From: a bacterium
Lineage (GTDB): Bacteria; Joyebacterota; Joyebacteria; Joyebacterales; Joyebacteraceae
DNA: 64,000 bases
NCBI GenBank assembly: GCA_025774545.1
Contig: JALGVU010000004.1
Location: 2,130 to 66,129, forward strand
Direction of reading: 5' to 3'
The notes beneath the pieces were generated by a model, which saw only the letters and a list, made by a program, of their open reading frames with translations, had not been told where the DNA came from and searched no databases. Below, piece after piece: positions 58,485-64,000 of this stretch (its first letter is position 1; every line of letters begins with the position of its first letter). The position numbers were made by a program, and so were the translations under genes.

Positions 58485-58587
58485 GTGTGAACGATCCTCG
58501 ATGAGGAACGGCGATCCCGAGAGGGGCGAGCCTCACGGACCCGCGTCGCGGCCCGTCGGCCCTTGCTCCCCGCCTGGGATCGCCGTC

Positions 58588-58878
58588 CTAGGACTTGTTA
58601 TAGACGATGCTCCCGTCGACCTCGACCGAGTCGACGATGGCCATGATCACGGCATCGGCGGGGCGGTCCTGCGTGATCTCCGTCTGACGAGCCGAGCTGC
58701 CGCTGGCGTAGAGCACGACCTCCCCGGGACCCGCCCCGACGGCGTCGATCGCGACGACGAACGCGCCGGTCTCGCCGCCCTCCAGATCGATCTGCTTGAC
58801 GATCTGGAGCTTCGTCCCGACCAGCTTCTCGTTCTTGACGGTCGAGACGACCGTCCCCACGACCTTCCCGAGATTCAT
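58588..58878 (-). CDS. BMC vertex protein, EutN/CcmL/PduN family (BMC-P #1)
   Basis: [31 protein letters not shown]-terminus. Confidence 0.8.
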   Translation of the reverse strand: MNLGKVVGTVVSTVKNEKLVGTKLQIVKQIDLEGGETGAFVVAIDAVGAGPGEVVLYASGSSARQTEITQDRPADAVIMAIVDSVEVDGSIVYNKS

Positions 58879-58972
58879 GCCGCTTCTCCCGCATCGCGCG
58901 ACTCTCCCGCCCCGGGGTCGTGCTGTCCACGCACGGGGAGCGAGTACTCGGCGCGCCTCGTCGGTGTCCTGG

Positions 58973-59269
58973 CTACTTCGATCTGACGTTCGCGGTCTTC
59001 CCTATCGGCAGCACGTCCTCGAGGCTCGCGTGCGGCTTCGGGATCACGTGCGTCGTGAGAAGCTCGCCGACCTTGCTGGCCGCCGCCATGCCCGCGTCGA
59101 CCGCGGCGCGCACTGCCGCCACGTCCCCACGGACGACGGCCGTGACGTATCCCCCGCCGACCTTCTCGTACCCCACCAACGTCACCTTCGCCGCCTTGAC
59201 CATGGCGTCGGACGCCTCCACCATGCCGATGAAACCTCTCGTCTCGATCATGCCGAGGGCCTCGCCCAT
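58973..59269 (-). CDS. BMC hexamer shell protein (BMC-H, PF00936); ORF extends to 59323
   Basis: [57 protein letters not shown] canonical BMC-H. Confidence 0.85.
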   Translation of the reverse strand: MGEALGMIETRGFIGMVEASDAMVKAAKVTLVGYEKVGGGYVTAVVRGDVAAVRAAVDAGMAAASKVGELLTTHVIPKPHASLEDVLPIGKTANVRSK

Positions 59270-59344
59270 CGCAACCTCCTCGAGCGAATCCTGGATCTTC
59301 GTATCGCCTGCGCGTCTGCCCACGCGGCCGCCGTCGGCGCGCCG

Positions 59345-59617
59345 TCAGGTGAGCAGAATGTCCTCGAGCATCTCATGCGGCGCGGGGATCACGTGGTACG
59401 AGACGAGCTCGCCGACCTTCGACGCGGCCTCGGCGCCGGCCGCCACCGCCGCCTTCACCGCCCCCACGTCTCCCCGAACCAGCGACGTGACGTATCCCCC
59501 GCCGATCTTCTCGTACTTCGTCAGGGTGACGTTCGCCGTCTTGACCATCGCGTCGGTCGCCTCGATGAGGCCGATGACGCCCTTGGTCTCTACCATTCCT
59601 AGAGCAAGACCGGGCAA
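59345..59617 (-). CDS. BMC hexamer shell protein (BMC-H, PF00936)
   Basis: [58 protein letters not shown]. Confidence 0.85.
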   Translation of the reverse strand: MPGLALGMVETKGVIGLIEATDAMVKTANVTLTKYEKIGGGYVTSLVRGDVGAVKAAVAAGAEAASKVGELVSYHVIPAPHEMLEDILLT

Positions 59618-59657
59618 ATGGACCCCCTCCGTCGGTAGCTGACGTACATCCCCGAGC

Positions 59658-60305
59658 CTACCGGAGTATCTCGATCGTCATCGGCGACCGAACGTCGGCC
59701 GCGTTGCCGTCGTCCGTGTCGACGTGAAGCTCGAGGGCCGCCGTCTTCCCAACTCGGATGAGCACGCTCTCGAGGACGAGCGCCCTCACGCCCGCGAACC
59801 GCACCCGGACCAGATCGCCGTCCTTCACACGGCGGATCGTCGCGTCGCGCTCGGTCATGTGGATGTGACGCGTGGCCCGTATGGCCCCTTCCCTGAGCGC
59901 CACGGTTCCGGCCGGGCCGACGAGCGTGAGAGGCTCGCTGCCCGCGAGGTCGCCGGAGCGCCGAACGGGCGGGTCGATCCCCAGCCGGATTGCGTCGGTC
60001 CTCGAAAGCTCCACCTGGGTGTAGTTCCTCGTCGGTCCGAGGATCCTCACCCCCTCGATCGCGCGCATGGAGCGCCCGACGATCGTCACCCTCTGCTCCG
60101 AGGCAAACTCACCAGGCTGGCCGAGGTCCCGGAGCTTCGTGAGGGCGAACCCGTCGCCGTAGAGCGCGTCGAGGCCGCCCCGGGAGATGTGCGCGTGCCG
60201 GGCAGACACGTTGACCGGAATCCCGGTGGCGTCGGATCGGCGTGCCGGCTCGTCTCCCTGGAGCCTCCGGAGGACCTCCGATGCTATCCTCTCGACGTCC
60301 TCCAT
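59658..60305 (-). CDS. pduL: phosphate acyltransferase PduL (PTAC) with N-terminal amphipathic helix. ORF extends to 60527; ATG at 60305 with GGAGGG RBS
   Basis: Duplicated PduL motifs with catalytic His (VSARHAHIS ... ATRHIHMT); N-terminal [14 protein letters not shown] helix. Confidence 0.8.
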   Translation of the reverse strand: MEDVERIASEVLRRLQGDEPARRSDATGIPVNVSARHAHISRGGLDALYGDGFALTKLRDLGQPGEFASEQRVTIVGRSMRAIEGVRILGPTRNYTQVELSRTDAIRLGIDPPVRRSGDLAGSEPLTLVGPAGTVALREGAIRATRHIHMTERDATIRRVKDGDLVRVRFAGVRALVLESVLIRVGKTAALELHVDTDDGNAADVRSPMTIEILR

Positions 60306-60393
60306 CCCTCGACCCTCCGCTGCGCGCACCTGCGGGAGACAAACCTCCCCGCTGCGGGCGCGGAAGTCCACTCTCGGCCCTGAGTTGAGCGCG

Positions 60394-60422
60394 AGTCTAG
60401 CAGAGGGTCCTGAGACTGTCAA
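60394..60422 (-). promoter_or_regulatory. candidate sigma70-like promoter for the BMC operon (TTGACA-17-TAGACT), ~90 nt upstream of pduL
   Basis: Minus strand: TTGACA at 60422-60417, 17-nt spacer, TAGACT at 60399-60394. Confidence 0.3.
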
Positions 60423-60500
60423 CGGAAACGGACGGGAGGAGGGACGCCGTGATGAGTCGACGGGAAGGACCCGTCTCGGGCGCGGTGCGCACCGTCGGGC

Positions 60501-60550
60501 GCCAACGAAGAAACCCCCGGCTGACACCTTGTGGGAGGACCAGCCGGGGG
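60501..60550 (-). terminator. Rho-independent terminator-like hairpin (10-bp stem CCCCCGGCTG/CAGCCGGGGG, 17-nt loop) followed on the minus strand by TTTCTTCGTT
   Basis: Perfect inverted repeat 60514-60523 / 60541-60550; U-rich tail on the minus strand only; lies between the glycosyltransferase genes and the BMC operon. Confidence 0.4.
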
Positions 60551-60910
60551 CTCTTCAGTTCAGACGCGTTCCCCGCGTGTGCCGTGCAACAGGTACGGTA
60601 CGACTCATTCTCTGGATGGGGATCAGCCCACGACCTGGTGAATGCTCACGAGCATGGCAGGGAACGCATCATGCCCCTTGGTATCTGGAGCATCTAACGA
60701 AGCAGGATCCGTGCCATCATGAGGAAGCGGTGCGAGGGGCGGGCTCCGCCGTTCAGGCCCAAAGGCTGGGCCGTTTCGGGCGGGTGGCCGATGTTGCAGC
60801 GCCCGCTGTGGGCGCTATGAAGCCCTCGTTTCTGCAACGGGCGGCGACGTAGGAGCGGTCTCCCGACGGCGAGGCGGCAGCGGTCAGTCGGTGGTGAGGT
60901 AGAGGAACGA

Positions 60911-61867
60911 TCAGCGTGCCCTGCGCTCAAGCGCCGCCGCGAGTCCGCGGCGGTACGCCCCCGCGATGAGACAGAGAACCGCGGGACGCGAGAGCGGCCC
61001 CAAGTGAACGCTACGCGCCACGGCTCTCACGAGCGCGCTCACGGGGCGGTTCGTGACGAAGCGGAGCACGAGCTTCCTCGCGGCAAGGGGGAACGGGTCG
61101 CCGGGCGCGGGAGGAAGGAGCCCGGCGACCGAGAGCTCGCCCGCGCGGCCGGGATGCCGCTCGAGAAGTGCTAAGAGAGGCTCGGCCGTCTCGAAGCGCT
61201 TGTCGAGGACTTGGTCGAGGGTCTGCCGGTGGACGTGGTGCGAGATTGCCTCGGCACAGTACCAGAACTTGAGGCCGGCGTCGTTCTCGAGGCGGAAGGC
61301 GATCTCGGTGTCCTCGAAGCCGTAGTTCTTGAAGCTCTCGTCGAAGAGCCCGACCGCGAGGAGATCGGCGCGGGCGACCGAGGAGTTGTTGGTGACGAAA
61401 TAGCGCGCCGGGGAACGCCCGCCCGGCGCGAGCTTGCGGACCCCCGTGCCGTCCAGATACGTGTAGATCGTGGACCGCCCCAGTTCGGGAGCCTGGGTCG
61501 CGTCTCCGATCGCGACGGCCCGGTCGTGGGTCTCGTGAAACGCCACGTGCGCCTCGATGAGTCCCTCGTCGCAGCGCATGTCGTCGTCGACGAAGACGAC
61601 GAGGTCGTTTCCGGCGGCCCGGATGGCCGTGTTCCGGGCGGCGGCCCTCCCCCGGTTCTCCTCGTGTCTCACCGCGACGAGCTTGAAGGGCGGCTCGAGC
61701 GCCTCGAGGAACGCGGGGGTGTCGTCGGCGGAGCAATCATCGACGACGACGACCTCGATGAGGTCCATCGGATACGTCTGCCGGGAGAGCGACGCGAGCG
61801 TCTCGGCGAGGTTCTCCAGCTTTCCGTACGTCGGCATGACGACGCTCACGGTGCTACGGGGCGGCAT
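60911..61867 (-). CDS. family 2 glycosyltransferase
   Basis: VVMPTYGKLENLAETLASLSRQTYP ... VVDDCSADDT (GT-A DxD region). Confidence 0.75.
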   Translation of the reverse strand: MPPRSTVSVVMPTYGKLENLAETLASLSRQTYPMDLIEVVVVDDCSADDTPAFLEALEPPFKLVAVRHEENRGRAAARNTAIRAAGNDLVVFVDDDMRCDEGLIEAHVAFHETHDRAVAIGDATQAPELGRSTIYTYLDGTGVRKLAPGGRSPARYFVTNNSSVARADLLAVGLFDESFKNYGFEDTEIAFRLENDAGLKFWYCAEAISHHVHRQTLDQVLDKRFETAEPLLALLERHPGRAGELSVAGLLPPAPGDPFPLAARKLVLRFVTNRPVSALVRAVARSVHLGPLSRPAVLCLIAGAYRRGLAAALERRAR

Positions 61868-61870
61868 CCC

Positions 61871-62965
61871 TCAACGCCTCCAGTTCCGGACGAGCTCCTC
61901 GCAGAGCTCCTCCATCCTCGCCATGTGCGCGCCGTGGTCGGCGTCGGTCTGGACCTTCGCGGCGGCCGCCGCGGCGATCGACTCGCGCAGCTCCCCCGAA
62001 TCGATCAGACGCAGGATCGCGTTCTCGAGCGCCTCCTGGTCGCGCGGGGCGACGACGAGACCCGTCGTCCCGTCCTCCACCCACTCGAGCGCGGACGCGA
62101 GGCTCGACACCACGGGTGGCGACCCGCAGGCCATGGCCTCGAGGAGCGAGACCGGCGTGGCGTCGACCGACGGCACCGTCAGGAAGGCGTCCGAGATCAC
62201 GAGGTAGGCCGGGAGCTCCCCGTGTGGGATCCTCCCCACGAAGTGCGCGCGCTCGTCGATCCCGAGGCCGCAGGCTAACGCCCGGAGCTCGCTGTCGTCC
62301 CCCTCGTTGCCCGCGATGATGAAGTGCGTCGTCGGGCGCGCCTCGAGGACCCGCGGGATCGCGCGAACGATCACGTCGATGTTGTAGTAGGCCTGCGTGA
62401 AGCTCCTGATGCTGATCACGACCGGGGCGTCTGAGGGAATGCCGAGACGCTCGCGGACGTCGGACGGGGCGTCGGGTCTGAAGTTCGCGAGATCGACGCC
62501 CCACTGGACGACGCGACAGGCGTCCCTGCTCGCGCCCATCCGGACGGCGTGCTCGAGGATGTCCTCGGAGTCTCCGGTCACGAGGTCGGCACTCCGGAGG
62601 ACGTGGCGGGCGAGCCGCCCCTTCATGAACGACGTGTGGGGTGTGAGATAGACGTCGTCGCCCCAGACGGTCATGATGAACGGATGGAAACCCGAGAAGG
62701 CGCCCCAGTAGCCGTAACCCGTCAGGAAGTGCGTGTGCAGAAGATCGGGCTCGATCGCGGCGAGGATCCTCCGCACCTTGCGGAGAGCGACCGCGTAGTG
62801 GAGCGGCTTCCAGGGAATGCCGGTTCGGATGTCGTAGACCTTGACGCCAGCGATCGGCGAGGGCTGGACCGTCATGAGGTGGACGTCGTGGCCGCGCTCG
62901 ACGAAGTGCGAGAGCCACCGCTCGGTGTGGATGTGTCCGCCGATTGACAGGTACGCGATCCTCAT
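61871..62965 (-). CDS. family 4 (GT-B) glycosyltransferase, 364 aa; the ORF-track ORF 61871..63976 is over-extended
   Basis: MRIAYLSIGGHIHTERW N-terminus and C-terminal EAMACGSPPVVS...DGTTGLVV GT4 motif; stop overlaps the GT2 start region. Confidence 0.75.
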   Translation of the reverse strand: MRIAYLSIGGHIHTERWLSHFVERGHDVHLMTVQPSPIAGVKVYDIRTGIPWKPLHYAVALRKVRRILAAIEPDLLHTHFLTGYGYWGAFSGFHPFIMTVWGDDVYLTPHTSFMKGRLARHVLRSADLVTGDSEDILEHAVRMGASRDACRVVQWGVDLANFRPDAPSDVRERLGIPSDAPVVISIRSFTQAYYNIDVIVRAIPRVLEARPTTHFIIAGNEGDDSELRALACGLGIDERAHFVGRIPHGELPAYLVISDAFLTVPSVDATPVSLLEAMACGSPPVVSSLASALEWVEDGTTGLVVAPRDQEALENAILRLIDSGELRESIAAAAAAKVQTDADHGAHMARMEELCEELVRNWRR

Positions 62966-63003
62966 GCTGCCCCGATCGTGAGAGGTCGGTCCCAGGCGTA
63001 CGG

Positions 63004-64000
63004 TCAGAGCGTGACCGAGAGCCCGGTCCGGGGGACTCCCTCCATCCTCCTGGCGTGGTTCCTGAGGTACCCCGCGGCGACCCACACGAAGAGCCACACG
63101 AGCGGCACGACCTTGAAGGAGTGGTTCAGAACGTGCTGGAACGCGGTCCACCGCGCCTCGGGGTTGTCTCCGGGCACGTCGTAGAGGATGAAGAGCGTGG
63201 GCGCGGCCGCGAGGGCGTAGATCACCCAGAGCACGCGCGCCCGCGTCTTCGCGTAGTAGAGGACGAACAGCGGAAGCAGGAGCACGTAGTGGTACTCCCA
63301 CACCTCCCTGAACACGAAGAAGTAGACCATCGTCCAGAGGCCGAGCGACTCGAGGAAGTCGAACGGCTTCTTTCTGAAGGTGACCCAGAGGCTCGTGACG
63401 ACCGGCGCGAGCATCGTGAGGAAGACGAGCCCGCGGGTGACCGAGAGCTTGAGCGGCCCGATGTAGGCGGCGATCTCGGACGCCTGCGGGAAGAACCTCA
63501 TCTTGAGGGTCATGAGAAGCGCCAGGACCCCCAAGTTGCCGGAGTACGGGTAGAGCGTGAGCGAGAAGTTGTCGTGCGCGAAGCTCCCCACGCCCGTTTG
63601 ACGGAAGGCGAGATACGGGATCGTCGTGACGATCAGGAGCGCGGCCGCGATCGCGATCGTCCGGTAGCGGCGGAGCTTGAAGAGGATCGGGACGTAGAGG
63701 ATCGTGAGGTGCTTGATGAGCACGCTCGCGATCCAGTTCCACTCGAACGCGCGCATCCTCCCCCGCGAGTACCCGAGCGCCGTGAAGAAGACGAGGACGG
63801 CCATCGGGAAGGTCAGCTGTCCCATGTACTGCTCGATGTAGAAGGGCGTGTACATGAGCCACATCGAGGCGAGGTAAGCGAAGAGCGAACGGTCTATCAC
63901 CATCCGCCAGGTCCCCCAGAGCGCGGCCAGGAGCACGAGCTCGATCAGGACCACCCAGAGCCAGTAGGCGGCCCACGGCCCGAGCGCGTTCAGCGGCACG
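63004..64000 (-). CDS. polytopic membrane protein, probable GT-C-type glycosyltransferase (DUF2029-like); N-terminus beyond window edge
   Basis: ≥8 hydrophobic helices, Tyr/Trp-rich loops; location in a glycosyltransferase cluster. Confidence 0.45.
   Translation of the reverse strand, partial: VPLNALGPWAAYWLWVVLIELVLLAALWGTWRMVIDRSLFAYLASMWLMYTPFYIEQYMGQLTFPMAVLVFFTALGYSRGRMRAFEWNWIASVLIKHLTILYVPILFKLRRYRTIAIAAALLIVTTIPYLAFRQTGVGSFAHDNFSLTLYPYSGNLGVLALLMTLKMRFFPQASEIAAYIGPLKLSVTRGLVFLTMLAPVVTSLWVTFRKKPFDFLESLGLWTMVYFFVFREVWEYHYVLLLPLFVLYYAKTRARVLWVIYALAAAPTLFILYDVPGDNPEARWTAFQHVLNHSFKVVPLVWLFVWVAAGYLRNHARRMEGVPRTGLSVTL

Noticed and set aside
60449-60930. ORFs 60449..60697 (+) and 60694..60930 (−) in the BMC upstream leader
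   Set aside because: No RBS, no conserved-looking sequence, and they overlap the terminator hairpin. More likely non-coding regulatory DNA
55968-62278. Plus-strand ORFs 55968..58466 (832 aa) and 61211..62278, and minus-strand 56632..58536, over the BMC and glycosyltransferase regions
   Set aside because: Arg/Asp/Gly-rich junk translations antisense or out of frame to the aldehyde dehydrogenase, PduS-like and GT genes, which carry clear catalytic motifs

Overview
High-GC (~70%) bacterial chromosomal segment, very gene-dense, with no rRNA, CRISPR or recognisable transposase/integrase genes. Almost everything between ~14.4 kb and ~63 kb is encoded on the minus strand. The gene content (C25 peptidase with a T9SS-type C-terminal sorting domain, PorV/FadL-like barrels, many lipoproteins) suggests a Gram-negative lineage outside the classical Proteobacteria; I cannot assign a taxon.

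Left to right the window contains:
- purN (5' fragment) and adenosine deaminase.
- An M16 zinc-peptidase pair.
- ComEC/Rec2, a GAF-PP2C phosphatase and a PflX-like radical SAM enzyme.
- A small promoter-driven membrane peptide.
- MTH1187-like, AsnC-like and YqeC-like proteins; the YqeC-like gene is translationally coupled to a GAF-GGDEF cyclase.
- MltD.
- A large gingipain-like C25 peptidase with a T9SS-type sorting domain, in an apparent operon with a PorV/FadL-like barrel.
- Endonuclease III, then tRNA-Leu(GAG), secG and a glycolytic cluster (tpiA, pgk, gap, fba, pfk).
- comFC, lgt, rodA, mrdA, mreDCB, radC, rimO, lolA, ftsK, a ComB-family phosphatase, accCB and efp.
- TPR proteins and lipoproteins, and a second PorV-like barrel with an aromatic-rich lipoprotein.
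- PilZ, a flavin reductase, an unannotated 31-aa bS22-like basic protein, HU/IHF and SppA.
- A compact bacterial-microcompartment (metabolosome) locus at 53.5-60.3 kb.
- Glycosyltransferases at the right edge.

The microcompartment locus is the most notable feature. It encodes PduL, two BMC-H, three BMC-P and one BMC-T shell proteins, an acylating aldehyde dehydrogenase, a PduS/RnfC-like Fe-S flavoprotein and a class II aldolase. The PduL, the dehydrogenase and the aldolase carry terminal amphipathic helices at the position of BMC encapsulation peptides (judged by eye). No diol dehydratase, EutBC or glycyl-radical signature enzyme is present, so this is an aldolase-type metabolosome whose substrate is not evident.
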